This document shows positions 1 to 13,288 of a DNA stretch of 64,000 nucleotides, piece after piece. Numbering within the stretch: the stretch's first letter is position 1; the number at the start of each line of letters is the position of its first letter. The notes beneath the pieces were generated by a model, which worked only from the letters and a program-made list of their open reading frames with translations, did no database searches and was not told where the DNA came from. The translations under genes and the position numbers were made by a program. Source of the stretch: Felis catus (Eukaryota); contig NC_058368.1 in the NCBI RefSeq assembly GCF_018350175.1, positions 56,174,001 to 56,238,000 on the forward strand, given 5' to 3'.

Positions 1-284
1 ACTTTCTCTCCAGCTGCTTTTGGGGAGGGGTGATTTTCCCGTATACTCCCCCCCCCCCGCCCGTCCCTATCCTCTCTCTGCCAGAAAAAGCACCTCCCTT
101 CCCGCGGCTTCTCTCTCCTCCGGTTCTCTGCACCATATACCTGCTGAATTCTGTGCAGATTGTTGTGTTAATCCTCAGATAAGTTTTCTAGGTGTGCAGG
201 ATGGTTTAGTGTTGGTCTGGCTGTATTTCATGGATGCGAGACACACAAAAAACTTCCATGCTGTTCTGCCATCTTGGCTCCTCT
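1..284 (-). mobile_element. 5' end (5'UTR/promoter) of a carnivore LINE-1 continuing off the left edge
   Basis: gccatcttggctcc at 268-281 is the reverse complement of the L1 start motif GGAGCCAAGATGGC. The segment is GC-richer than its flanks and resembles carnivore L1 5'UTRs. Confidence 0.8.
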
Positions 285-1356
285 GCTGCTTCATTGTATA
301 AAGAAGCTAATGTCACAGTAGAGGAGAGACACATAATTTAATTTATTGGGAATTTTGTGAATAATTTTAAAAATGCACATTACCTACAAATGTATTAGCA
401 TCCTCTTCAAATAATTTCGCTTTTGCAAGGGAAACAAAATGTACTTTTTGTTCATTTAACTTTTTATGTTTAAATCCCCAAACTAATTTTGTCACTTTTG
501 CTCGATCCAAATCTGTGACATAACAAATTAAAAAAAATACAAAAAGGTATCACTCTAAAATGTATCCTCTGATAGGGCAAATTTTCCAAGTCCATTATAA
601 TGTGTTTTGAGCTGTAGGCATTCATTACAGTATTACAACAGCCTGAAGGAATTTTAGTTTGTGCTCCATTCGGTAGTGTGATCAATATACATCTCCATTT
701 TTCATCTCAGCATTTAGGGTGAAATAAAACCACAGCTACATAACATGTTTGTCATTTCTGGGTTTAGCTCAAATCCTTGAGGTTGTTTTTATAGTTTGAT
801 ACTCTTGTGCAAAAATAGTTTTCCATTCAGCATTTTTACAAAGTCAAAATATCTCTCATCCAGTGTTCTCAGGATGAAATGGTTGAATGTTTTAATAGGA
901 AAGATAACGTAATTAAAAGAAAAAGTGACATGTAGTTTTTCACTTATAACAAAAATGAGAAACATAAATTGGTTCTCAAAAATTATCCATAAACTGGATA
1001 TACCAGTTTTGTTTTAAAATTGACACTGTGTAAAATATTAACCATTACCCAGAAGTGAATATTCAAATACACCAGGAAGTTTTCCTTCTTGAAAACTTGC
1101 AGGCATTGTATAATAAATATGCAGGAATTGACAAAAGATTGTAATTTATTTTAATAAAATGTTGCATAGAATTGTGTTTTCCATTTTACTGAGTGAATAT
1201 AAATGTGAACAGTGGACCTGCCATAAAAAGGATGTGGCATAAAAAAATTATAGAAGACTGGTTCAGTGCAACAGCAGGCATCTGGGACATAAATAATTCT
1301 ATGGATAATATTTAGATAGCAAATTTAAATGTTACTAATTATTAATTAAAAATACA

Positions 1357-1567
1357 GGGGCACCTGGGTGGCTCAGTCAGTTAAGCATCTGTCTTCACCT
1401 CAGGTCATGATCTCTCGGTTCATCAGTTAGAGCCCCGTGTTGGGCTCTGTGCTGACAGCTCAGAGGCTGGAGCTTGCCTCAGATTCCATGTCTCCCTTTC
1501 TCTCTGTCTAACCCCCACTTGCACTCTGTCTCATTCAAAAATAAGTAAAAATGTAAAAATTAAAAAC
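1357..1567 (+). mobile_element. Can-SINE (tRNA-derived)
   Basis: ggggcacctgggtggctcagtcagttaag head, CT-rich tract, A-rich tail, aaaataca on both flanks. Confidence 0.95.
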
Positions 1568-1839
1568 AAAATACATATACACAGTGTGCATGTAGGAGAT
1601 AGGGGATTGCATTGTTGAGTCAGACAACTCATTTATAATTTATGACCTTGAGAAAATTAAAACATAGAACTTGAAAAGAAACATATATGTAATTTTTACA
1701 TATATATATGTTAGTCAAATAAGATCAATAAAACCAAAAGGAAATGAAATATTGCTATGAAACTATATAAACAAGAAACTTCAAAAATTTGGAATTATTT
1801 CTGATGAATCCAAAATAAACAGTCTGTGCATTAGATTTT

Positions 1840-2170
1840 GCCTTCAGCTGCCCCAGGTGCCAAAAGGAAAGAAGACCAAGAAGAAGGTGGTCATGTGAAG
1901 AAACTGGAGGCCAACAAGGTGGTAGATCCGCTGTTTGAGAAAAGACCCAAAAATTTCATCCTCGCACAGGACCTCAAACCCGGAAGGGCCCTCATTGCTT
2001 TGTCAGTGGTCCATCCAGCTGCAGCAGCTAAGGGCTATCCTCTGGAGCAGCTCAAACTGCTTCCTAAGACTAGTCAAGTCACCCAGGCATGGGAAGACTA
2101 AAACTCCTCAACTGCGTAAGCTGGCCCATAAGTACAGACCAGAGATAAAGCAAGAGAAGAAGCAGAGATA
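1840..2170 (+). pseudogene. RPL7A: Processed pseudogene of 60S ribosomal protein L7a (N-terminal ~110 codons only)
   Basis: From 1857 it reads gtg-PKGKKTK-KKV (parent MPKGKKAKGKKV, ATG lost). ORF-track pieces KKLEANKVVDPLFEKRPKNF, LQQLRAIL and QLRKLAHKYRPEIKQEKKQR match RPL7A in different frames. No introns; frameshifts and stops present. Confidence 0.93.
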
Positions 2171-2712
2171 GGAGATTTTAAATATTGTCATTATTTCTAA
2201 ACAACTCAGTATTTTATTAACAAACGTGTAATACCTGTAAATAATTTATGTTGGAGCATTCAGTCCTTCAGAGTATTTTCTTCATGATACCTACAATAAG
2301 TAGGTATCACACTGTATTTGTCATGTTAACAAGTGTCCTCCTAAATTCAGGAAGTCTACACAACTGTTTGATGTTTTCACTGAGAGAAAGGAAAATATAT
2401 GTATCCTTGGTTCAGGCTTATAGATACATTGTGCCTACAGATTATAGAATTGTAGGTACCTTTAGTTAACAAGTGTATTTTACACTTAAAAATTGTTAAA
2501 AGGGTAGATTCTATGTTAAGGTTTTTTAATTACAAGAATAAAAAAAATAGAGGTACATAAAAGAAAAACCCCACATTGCATGATCACATGAAATTTTAGG
2601 ATTGATATGTAATAAATATTTTTGAAAAAATATTAAAATAAATTGGTTTTACTTTACCTATGTATTATGTGTTCTGTTGTACTTCCTGGTAAAGCCAAGA
2701 GGCTTTCTAAAG

Positions 2713-3634
2713 ATAATAGACCATATACATGTGGGTTTATTTCTGGGTTCTCTGTGTTGTTCTGTTGATCTGTGTGTCTATTTTTGTGCCAGTGCCATAC
2801 TGCTTTGGTTAAAATAGCTTTGTAGTATATCTTGAAATCTGAAACTGTGATACCTCCAGCTTTGTTGTTCTTTCTCAAGATTGCTTTGGTTATTTGGGGT
2901 ATTTTGTGGCTCCTTACAAATATTAGGATCGTTTGTTACAGTTCTGCAAAAAAAAAAAATGCTGTTGGTATTTTTGATAAGAATTGTATTGAACTTGTAG
3001 ATTTCTGCATGTAGTTTGGAGATGTTGACTATCATTTCTTCCAATCCATGAACATTGGATATCTTTCCATTTGTTTATGCCATCTTCAGGTTCTTTCATC
3101 AACATTTTATAATTTTGGAATAAAGGTCTTTTACCCACTTAGTTAAGTTTATTCCTAAGTATTTTATTATATTTGGTACAATCTTAGATGAGATTATCTT
3201 CTTAATTTCTCTGGTATTTTGTTATTAACATATAGAAACCCTACCAATTTCCAAGTATTAATTTTGTATCCTGCAACTTTACTGAATTCATTTATTACTT
3301 CCAGTAGTTCTTGATGGAGTCTTTAGGGTTTTCTGTGTATAATATCATGTTTTATGCAAATAGTGACAGTGTCACTTCTTCCTTGCCAATATAGATGTCT
3401 TTCATTTCTTTTTCTTATCTGATTGCTGCAGCTAGGACTTCCAGTATTATGTTGAGTAAAAGTGGCAAAAGTGGACATCCTTGTCTTGTTCCTGACCTTA
3501 GAGGAAAGACTTTCAGTTTTTCACCATTAAGTATGATGTTAGTAGTGGGTTTTTATATATGGCCTTTATTATGTTGGGTTGTGTTCCCTCTAAACCCACT
3601 TTGTTGAAAGTTTTTATTATAAATAGACATTGAA
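2713..3634 (-). mobile_element. LINE-1 ORF2 fragment, degraded
   Basis: Minus-strand translations [34 protein letters not shown] and NKWKDIQCSWIGR are ORF2p-like, with multiple frameshifts. Confidence 0.92.
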
Positions 3635-6492
3635 TAAGTGGCTTCTGGAACCTTGAAACCTTTGATTTGCCTTGAGTCCTACTACTTATTTTCTTCTTTA
3701 TTTTTGAACATCAGCCAGAGGAAAAATAATTTTCTAAGTTATTTTACCTTTAATTAGGAACATAGGATTTTTCCTATATGCTGAAATTAGACTGAACTAA
3801 AGCTATGGCCTAGAGAAAGTTGAAAGCCCTGGAAAACTATAGGATTATAAAGGGAAACAAAGAAAAACAGATTGTAACCTTTGATAGCTAACATAGAGGG
3901 TGTTTTTCTGTGGCATCTAGAGCTACTTATGTCTCCTAAGGAAGGAGATTTCAGGTTAGCAACTATATATATATTTTTTTCCTTGGCAAAACTAAATTTC
4001 CCAAGTGCTGAAGCAGATTTGGACATTTTCTCCTAAAACATGATGGATTTTAGTGCATGTTTAAGACTGTCCAGTGTCATCTCACCTGGTTTTGATGGTG
4101 GGTGAGTATAATCCTAATAGGCACTGCCTGGGAGCCAAGCAGTGCAGGAAGAAAAAAAATCCCCAAAATATAGTGTTTTATGGAGCTTCAAATTCAGTAC
4201 TTCAGACTATCTATTTATCAATATATCATAAAGTGGAAGTCTGTTATGACCAATTTTACCAAAACTTAGATTGTGGTTTAATTTGTAGGATTATTTGAAA
4301 GCTATCTCTTTCATATGAAAGCTTCTGAGATTTGAATCCATAAAAGCTGTCAAGTATAAGTCAAATTAACATTGTACTGATGCTTACATCTATTGTTTTA
4401 GAAGTAAATGAAAGGGATATAACTACAGCAATAGCCCTTTTTAAAAATCTTGAATCAATTTTGCTGCATCCTCAGGCAAGCCATTTAACTTTTACTTGTT
4501 AATTTCTTATGTTATATAAGGACGTATTCTTGCTACACAAGAGTGTTTCAAATTAAAATTAAGTGCACTTTGGAATGCTGAAAATTGTAAGACAAAACTT
4601 CTTCTCTTTTCTTAGTGTTTTTTTTTTCCTTAATAATTTACATCAAAGAATTCTGAAAGTTTGGTAATCTTGCTCAATGGGAAATATAAATTTTATATGG
4701 TATTCCTTCTTTGGCATTTACATTTTTCCCAGTCATAGATGTACGAAATGAAAAATATGTAGTAAGTCTTCAAATGTATCAGATAAAATTTTCCAATGTA
4801 TCAGATGTACAAACTGAAAATATGCATTAAATCTTCCAATGTATCAGGCGCATTTGGGAGTTAATTAATGTCTCTGACATCCATTGCCCTACTAGTATTT
4901 AAGTAGATTTATAATAATTTGTGTTTATACTCCGAAATTAAATTCATTCACTTTTTTAGAATTCTGTTCCATCTTTGAAGAAACATTCAGCTTCGAGTTT
5001 TGGAGTTTTCCTAATCTTCAATTTAATTTTAAAAACTCTTGTTTCTAAATATTTTAGTATGTTTACAAGACACTCACTGGAATATTTCCCTCTACTACCA
5101 GGTCTAAGATTAAAAACTTTATTATATAAGATATGTATTGTTTTTTATATGATGGATAGCACAATTGCAGTCAGATAAAGATTTAATGGTATAATCATGG
5201 ATTTACAAATAAGTTTAAGCAATAAGTAGAATAACAAACCACTAATTCAAGAGAGAGGGGAGAGAGAATATTTAAAATAATTATCTAAACTCTGTAATAC
5301 TGTACATGATACAAAATATTAATACCTTCTGATAATATATTCATTTAACTTTTTCTCTTCGTTGCAATTTTGGGCCCTGCTACTAGTATGCAGAACATGA
5401 AATAAAAGAGAGGACAAATGAAAAGAATATAAATATTACATGAATGCACATATACATACACACAACTTAAAATCAACAGCATGTAAAACTTGAAAAATAT
5501 TTGTCACATCATATTTGGAAGAGTTTCTAAGAAATAACAGAATATAAAATTAAAAAAAATATTTTATCTAAATATTCCCTGGAATAGCTTCAAACCATTT
5601 TATAACAGCAGAATTTGTTCTAGTAATTGTATGTGGAAATTTAATATTTGTCAAAAAGATAAAATAGAATATCCCTTGGAGGTTAATTATATTAATTAAA
5701 TGTAGGTACATAAAATAATTTATCTTTTGGTGTTTTTCTTTTTTCCCTAATTGTAAATTTATTTTGTAGTTTCTCACAAATAAAATAGAACATGACTTAG
5801 GAGATATAGTTCTCTTGCATTATCAATACACTCTAATCACAAAGTGATAACCACCTCTATTTAGTGGAGCATCCATTCCACCAGATTTTTCCCCTATAAA
5901 TGTAAATATCCAGGTAATCACAGTAATGATAATTATCACAATACTCTTTTACAGAAAGGAAAACATACAGGCTATCTTTCCATATCAGTCCTATGTTTCA
6001 TCTTAATCATTACATATAGATATGTAGTATCCATATATGTAGTATCTTTTGGGGGGGATATAACTTAAAATGTAAGTGAACAAATTAAATCTTAATATAA
6101 TTTATTAATCTGGGACATTTTTGTTTAATTGTTCATTTACTTAATGGAGATGTTTTAAGTCAAATTAGTTTCATTGTCGAGAAATAAAATAGTGATAGAT
6201 TATTGCACATAAAAATTAATGTGGTTGAAGAAGCATGTTTCTTTGAATAACATCGATTTTAAAAGCTACATTATGCAAATAGAAAATGCCTAATTTGTGT
6301 CTTTATTGGACAAACATGTAGTATAATTTAAATTTATTTCACCAATTTCTCTCTGCAATGAGCGATGCAATAATGATAAAATAATGCTTCAGATTCATTA
6401 AGAAAGTAAATTTATCCAATTTTGCATAACTTTGTATATATTTTTTGTATTTTTGGTTATATATGATTTCTAGGCTGGAGTTTCATTTTTAA

Positions 6493-6700
6493 TTGTTTTT
6501 TAGTGTTTATTTATTTTTTTGAGAGAAAGACAGAGTGAGTGGGGGAGGGGCAGAGAAAGAGGGAAACAGAGAATCTGAAGCAGGCACCAGGCTCTGAACT
6601 GTCAGAACAGAGCCTTATGTGGGGCTCGAACCCAAGAGCTGTGAGATCATGACCTGAGCCAAAGTTGGATGCTTAACTGACTGAGCCACCCAGGTGCCCT
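6493..6700 (-). mobile_element. Can-SINE
   Basis: Reverse head gagccacccaggtgccc; 17-bp TSD tggagtttcatttttaa at 6476-6492 and 6701-6717. Confidence 0.96.
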
Positions 6701-7948
6701 TGGAGTTTCATTTTTAAATTTAACCTTGAATAATGAAGAAATACTATCATATTACTAGACATCTGGATATTTTGAAAAATAAATTCTTACTAGTGATTTA
6801 AAGATAAGATTTTTGTCATAAGTGTGGAATATTGTCCAGCACTAAGTGCACCAGCACTAAATTTAGGAAGGAGGGGAAATTATATATTTTGGCACAAAAA
6901 AAATAGACTTCTAGTTTTTAGGAAAATCTGTATGAGTGACCTAATAGATATAAAAGATTCTTTTTTTTTTCATATATTTTAAAAATGTATTTGGTAGTGT
7001 GGTATTGAGTTTTAATTTATTATGATATAGTTTAGTAACAACAGAGAAAAAATATTAGGCCTGGCTCTTTTATACATTCTATTGAAGTTTCTGAGAGAAA
7101 GAATGTTTATATAGGCTTCCCTTTTGCTACATTTGTGAGAGAAGGCTATAAATACTTTTTTTTCAAAAAGTAGATATGGACTGTGAAAAATGTGGATTAA
7201 GGCAAGTAAGGAATGCTGAAGGCAGAGATAATATGTTAAATGCACACTTTGAATATTTTCTTACTTCCCTAAAACTCGTGTGTGTCACTATGGGTAAATC
7301 TAGTTTTATTGCACCAGGTCATAGCATTCTGACAATAAAATATAGTGTAATGAACTAGTTTGGAAATGAGGGATTGTGTGGGTGGTATTAGGTAGAAGGA
7401 TTTCATGTCTTCTGGGTTTTTAAGTTCTGTTTTCTTTTATTGATTTATAGCATCAATTCTCTGCATGATCTGATCATTTTGAATTCTGAAGGGTTTGGAA
7501 ACAGCAAGCAACCTTGTAAGAGTGATTTAAAAACCTTCAAAAGTTCCTAGTTTTATTTCTCATAAATGTCAAAACTCCACAAGCTGTGTGCAGTCTTCAC
7601 AAAGAGAATAATGCTACATCTTTATTTTGCTCTGATGGCAAACATTTCTCATCTGTGTCAGATTTGAGTGAATAACTGTATCAGAAAACTATGTCTGGTG
7701 GTCATAGGCATGTTTATCACTTGACATATGAATCACATTGTTTGTAGAAAAATTGAAGATCACTGGTGACAATTTACTTCTAGGTCCCTGAATGCTAACA
7801 GCCTCAGTGTCACAATAAAAGCCTACCTTAGGTATAGAGGACAGGAGGTAATTATGTTTAATTTGAATATTGCTTTGGATATGAATGAAAATTAAATGAG
7901 CATTCAAATAAAAAAACTACTGGACTTTTGTTTCTACAAAAACTCCTA

Positions 7949-8172
7949 AGGCGCCTGGGTGGCTCAGTCAGTTAAGAGTCCGACTTCGGATCAGATCATG
8001 ATCTCATGGTCTCTGAGTTCAAGACCCGTGTTGGGCTCTATGCTCACAGCTCGGAGCCTGGAGCCTGCTTCAGATTCTGTGTCTCCCTCTCTCTCTCTGC
8101 CCCTGCCCTGCTCACGCTCTGTCTCTCTCTCCCTCAAAAATAAATAAACATTAACAAATATTTAAAAAAAAA
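7949..8172 (+). mobile_element. Can-SINE
   Basis: ggcgcctgggtggctcagtc head, (CT)n, aataaa and A tail; near-TSD aaaaa(c)ctccta. Confidence 0.95.
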
Positions 8173-8579
8173 CCTCCTATGTTAAGGCCATACCCAGATA
8201 ATACTTTTGAATTAAAAATAATTTATCTTCTGATGTTGTATTTTGCGCTTTTATGATAAAAAGAACATTAGCAGGATAGTCAATTGCATAGAGCAGGTAC
8301 AAGAGATATATACTTTATTGACTTAAGAGCTAATAGAAGGCTAAAAACACCTGAGATGAATTTTAACATTCATAAATTTCTTGAAAGCCATCATTTAGTG
8401 ATCTAGAAAGGCAGATGAGAATATTTTTTATTTCTCATTTTAGTCCTTAAAAACATTTTTTATGGAAAAATTAGTCACAATAGGGAAAAAAAGTTACTCT
8501 AAGCATTTTTTCCACATAGCATCAGGGAACACATGTAAGGTGTGGAAGTTTGTAATGGTGTTTATTTATGAAATTCTCA

Positions 8580-9033
8580 TCAGATCTCTTTCCTTTCTGT
8601 CTGTGGAACTCCCCCAGAAAGAGGATTTATGGCAACTTCACTCTGTTTTCTGGGGAGTGAAGCTGCCTGGAAAAGGGGATTATGACAGCCATACGGTCAA
8701 AGCTTCTGCCTTTAGGTAAGGGAAGCTCCAAAAAGACTCTTTTACATCTATGAAATCTCAACTGTCTTCAGTTTAAAATTATTTTAATGCCAGGGGCGCC
8801 TGGGTGGCTCAGTCGGTTAAGCGTCCAACTTTGGCTCAGGTCATGATCTCACAGTTTATGGGTCAAGCCCCTCATCGGGCTCTGTGCTGACAGCTCAGAG
8901 CCTGGAACCTGCTCCAGATTCTGTGTCTCCCTCTCTCTTTGCCCCTCCCGCACTTGCTCTCTGTCTCCATCTCAAAAATAAATAAACATTAAAAATTTTT
9001 TAATTATTTTAATGCCAAAACTGCAGTCTCTTC
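8580..9033. mobile_element. Probable ERV1-class LTR fragment interrupted by a SINE
   Basis: tctcaactgtcttcagtttaaaattattttaatgccaaa resembles the terminus of MER4/MER41-group LTRs; recalled similarity only. Confidence 0.45.
8793..9001 (+). mobile_element. Can-SINE
   Basis: Canonical head; perfect 16-bp TSD aattattttaatgcca at 8777-8792 and 9002-9017. Confidence 0.97.
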
Positions 9034-9570
9034 AATGAAACATTCAATACAAACAACTAAATTCCCATGCACTTGAAGACATTATCAATTTTAAAACTGA
9101 ATTTAGACAAAATGACTGTGACTGGTTTTAATATTATATATTTGTAATTTACTGCTTAGTTTGTTCCTGTTTTATAGTAAGGCAGAAAACAAATGATAGT
9201 CTTCTAAAATTAATGAAATAACTAATTTGACCTATGAAAGTTTGAACCTTGACATTTTAGAGACAAAATAATAGACACATTCCATATCCCAGCTATACAC
9301 CAACTACTGTATGAAAAACACCATTTTCAGTTACCTATTTCTAAATATTTTCCAAGCAGTTGACAGAAAGATGTCTCCTCAACAATATTTTGTCAACAAT
9401 TGCCTATAATTTTTCTCTTTTCCTTCTGGTACTGGATTGTAACCCAGTATTTAGACACTTTATTGATAATCTATTTTTATAGAAAGAAGAGTCTTAATGG
9501 GCTGAGGAAGACAATAAAGATTTCATTTATTTAAGCTGCACTTAAATACACATTTAAAATCACCAGTAAT

Positions 9571-10335
9571 ATTTTTTCCAGAGAAGACATACAGATAGCC
9601 AATGGACACATGAAAAGATGCTCAACAGCACTTATCATCAGGGAAATACAAATCAAAACTACAATGAGATGCCACCTCACAGCAGTCAGAATGGCTAAAA
9701 TTAACAACACCGGAAACAACAGGTGTTGGTGAGGATGCTAAGAAAGAGGAAACCCTCTTACACTATTGGTGGCAATGCAAACTGGTGCAGCCACCTGGAA
9801 AACAGTATGGAGGTTACTCAAAAGGTTAAAAATAGAACTATCCTACAATCCAGCAGTTACACTATTAGGTATTTACCCAAAGGATACAAAAATACTAATT
9901 CGAAGGGGTACATGCACCCTGATGTTTATGGAAGCATTATCAACAATAGCTAAATTATGGAAAGATCCCAAATGTTCATTGACTGATATATATAGGGAAA
10001 ATGTAATTTTGCCATTTGCAATGACAGGGATGGAGCTAGAGAGCATTATGCTAAGTGAATTGAGTCGGCAAGAGAAAAACAAATACCATATGACTTCACT
10101 CATATGAGGAATTTAAGATACAACTATAGAGAAGAAACTGACTCTTAACTATAGAGAAGAAACTGATGGTTACTGGAAGGGAGGTGTGGTGGGGGGATGG
10201 GTTGAAGAGGGGATGGGTATTAAGGAGTGCACTTGTGATGAGCACCAGAAATTGCATGGAAGTGTTGAATCACTAAATTCTACACCTGAAACTAATACTA
10301 CACTGTATGTTAACTGACTTGGAAGAAAAAAAAAA
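9571..10335 (+). mobile_element. 5'-truncated carnivore LINE-1 (ORF2 C-terminus, 3'UTR, A tail)
   Basis: LKIELSYNPAVTLLGIYPKDTK...[14 protein letters not shown] is ORF2p-like, followed by a carnivore-type 3'UTR ending in an A run. Confidence 0.93.
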
Positions 10336-11287
10336 TCAAGTCAGGTGCACTGTGTTCTTTGCATGCTTCCCTTCTATTAATAGAGTTTTATTAGTTCGCA
10401 TTCATTAGATTTTATGGACTGTACCAGAAGTTGACTCTTTCAACTTTGGACAACTGAAAAACCCTAACTTTTATTTCTAATGTGGCACAGTTTTACACTT
10501 TGAGGATTACTATGTGGGAGTCCACTAAATGGAAATTTGGTCCATGGAAGTGATGGTTAAATTCATTAAAAAATTCAATTTTCTCATTGCTGCTCTTAGG
10601 TTATTGCTATACAAAAGATATAACAATGAATGACAGCATGTATGATTTTACTTAAATCCCTGGGTAAAACCAAAAAAAAAAAAAAGGAGGCATTGCAATT
10701 TGTCAGAGCATTGATGGAGAAGATAGTGACAGAGAAAGAAATCTGCCTGCTTTTCTGACTTCCTGGTGCCAGGATAAATTTTCAGAAGAAAAGTTGACAG
10801 TTTTCTTCAACAACTTGAACAGATGTAGTTCTTTAATGAAAAGAGTAACTATTTTATGAAATTATAGGTAGTTTAAGGTCAGATAGCACATTTCATTCTT
10901 CTGTGGATCTAGAACATTAATGAAATTTCATAGCACTACATACACTTATCATAAATGGAAGATGTTTGAACCATTTTAGATCAACCATGTTCATCTCTCT
11001 CTCTATATATTTCTCTCTCCCCACACACACATAGACACACAATATTCATAATAGAGCCCTGCATTCCATCTACTGAAAACAGAACAGAGTCTATTTTTGA
11101 GCTAATTCTTCTACCAGGAATAGCACTAACCAAACTGCTTTTTATTTTTTTTCAAGCAAACTCTAGCTTATTTTGTAATGGGATTGTTGAAGGTACCAAG
11201 CTGAACTAACCCTGATAGGTTGGTAGATTTTTTTTCCTTACTGGATATATATGACTTTAATATGAATGATTCAAAAATGTATTTATA

Positions 11288-11520
11288 AGCTGAATTTATA
11301 GCTAAGTCAGACAAAAGTTAGGCATCCTGGACACCCAATTGCAACTGGTATCTGAAGTGGGGCAGTCTCATCAGACTGAGCCCTTAACCATTGGAGACAG
11401 CACTAACTCTGAGTAGTCAGTGTCAGAATTGAAATCTCTGCCCCAGTTGGTGTTAGGAAATTGGAGAATTGGAGAATTGATAGTGGAGAAAATGATACAA
11501 CCACATATTTGTTGTTAGTT
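11288..11520 (+). mobile_element. MER21-like ERVL LTR fragment
   Basis: ttgcaactggtatctgaagtggggcagtct...gactgagcccttaacc...agtgtcagaattgaa matches recalled MER21 consensus. Confidence 0.65.
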
Positions 11521-12480
11521 TGGAAAAAATAAGACATGGGGTAAATGATTACCCCTGCTCACAAGAAGGGAATCAGGAATTCATATGAGACAGACTTCTA
11601 ATTCAACTAAAATGCTGTGAATATTAATAAGTAATAATCTAAAATTATAGATCTTTGTTTCTATTTCAGTTAAAATTTACGATATATTTTTGAAAATTGA
11701 TTAGATTTTCATATCAAAGACCTTAAATGGAAATCTATTATAGTTTCTTATAGATTATATATGGGTATAATCTCAAAAAATCTAGTGTCAATGCATCTAA
11801 ATATTGTATTGGATACTTTAAATTAATAAAACTCTACAGATTTCCAAATAACACATTATGCAAACTTTTAAAGTGATAAATTATTGCAATAACAAAATGT
11901 CACATGCATTATAAAAAAGTATGAAAAATTCATGAGAAGAGAAACAATAGGGAAATTAAACTGGGAGTCAAAGTATGCCAAAAATTCTCATTTAATTGCC
12001 TGCATGCCTGTGTAATATCCAATGAATCCAACAATTGTAACTAATTATCTAATACTAAATTGTTGTCTTTCCTTGTTTTAAGATAATGGATTACATAATC
12101 TCAATGCACCTCTTTTGCTCCATGGGTTTTATTTATAATATTAGCATTTTTTTTGAGGTAGTATTTGGATGAAGTCATATCTGTCACCAAATCTCTATAA
12201 ATGAGAAATGGTGTGATATAAGCAATGTAAACATTCCTGAATAAAATTCTGCATGTTCTAGTTCAAATCTGCAACACCAGATATGCTCAAATTACTTTAA
12301 TCAGTAAGTCACACACATAGTGAAATCTTGTTTCTTGAAGATTTAGTGTGCTATGAACCAAATGCTAAAATTCTTTGAAATAAGTTTTTTTTTAAATGTA
12401 AGTCATTAAATGTATAATGTCTACAGCCATACTGATAAATGGAAAGAATAGTAAAAGCTAGATGTTATGCCTCACCTCTT

Positions 12481-12675
12481 CTTTGTATTTATTATTGAGC
12501 GAGAGAAAAAGCAAGCACAAGCAGGGGAGGGGCAGAGAGAGAGAAGGGACAGAGGATCTGAAGCAGGCTCTGCGCTGACCACAGTGAGCCCATGCAGGGC
12601 TCGAACTCACAAACTATGAGATCATAACCTGAGCCGAAGTTGGACACTCAACCAACCGAGCCACCTAGATAACCC
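12481..12675 (-). mobile_element. Can-SINE
   Basis: Reverse SINE body; degenerate TSD tatgcctcacctctt / tatgccacacttctt. Confidence 0.93.
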
Positions 12676-12711
12676 TATGCCACACTTCTTCTAAATGAAA
12701 TAAAGAAAAGA

Positions 12712-13170
12712 ATGCATTAGTTTTCTATATCCTATAAGAAATTTCTTCAAATTAGTGACATAAACTAACACAAAATATCTTACAGCTCTGTAGGTCAGGA
12801 GGTCTCACATGGTTATCAGCAGGCAAAAATCAAGGTGTTGCTGGGTCTTTGTTCCTTTCTGGTATGTCAGGAGGAACTTCTAGAGACTATACACATTCCC
12901 TGTCTCTTGGTCTTCTTACCTATTTTTCATACCCATCAATATTGCATCTTTCTGACCCTTCCTCCTTTTTCATCTTCTAACCTCAATCATGAAAGTGTTG
13001 CAGAATTGGTATCTCCTGTGATTTGATTTGGTTTACTTGGATAAAGGACAGTAAACTCCCCATCTCCAGATCCTTAATCATATCTGCATGGTACTTTCTA
13101 TCCTAAATATAGTCAGTGATCCATAGACATTAGAACATGGACATCTTTTGTTGGGGGGCAATTATGCCTG
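12712..13170 (-). mobile_element. MLT1 (MaLR) solo LTR
   Basis: tgcattagttttcta...tcttacagctctgtaggtcagga...aaatcaaggtgttg...ttagaacatggacatctttt follows the MLT1 pattern. Confidence 0.75.
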
Positions 13171-13288
13171 AGAGGAAGAGAGAAGAGGGATGAAAAGTGG
13201 GAGGGAAGGGGAGATGGAGAGAGAGATAGGAGAGGGGGAAGAAGAAGGAGGAGGAGGGAGAAAGTGAGGAAGAGGAGGAAGAGAGAAA
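13171..13288. repeat. Purine-rich (GA/GGA) low-complexity tract
   Basis: Nearly pure A/G run. Confidence 0.85.

Noticed and set aside
7959..8147. Recurrent small ORFs (MAQSVK..., GAPGWLS..., SLSLSLKNK) resembling a peptide family
   Set aside because: All are translations of Can-SINE copies.
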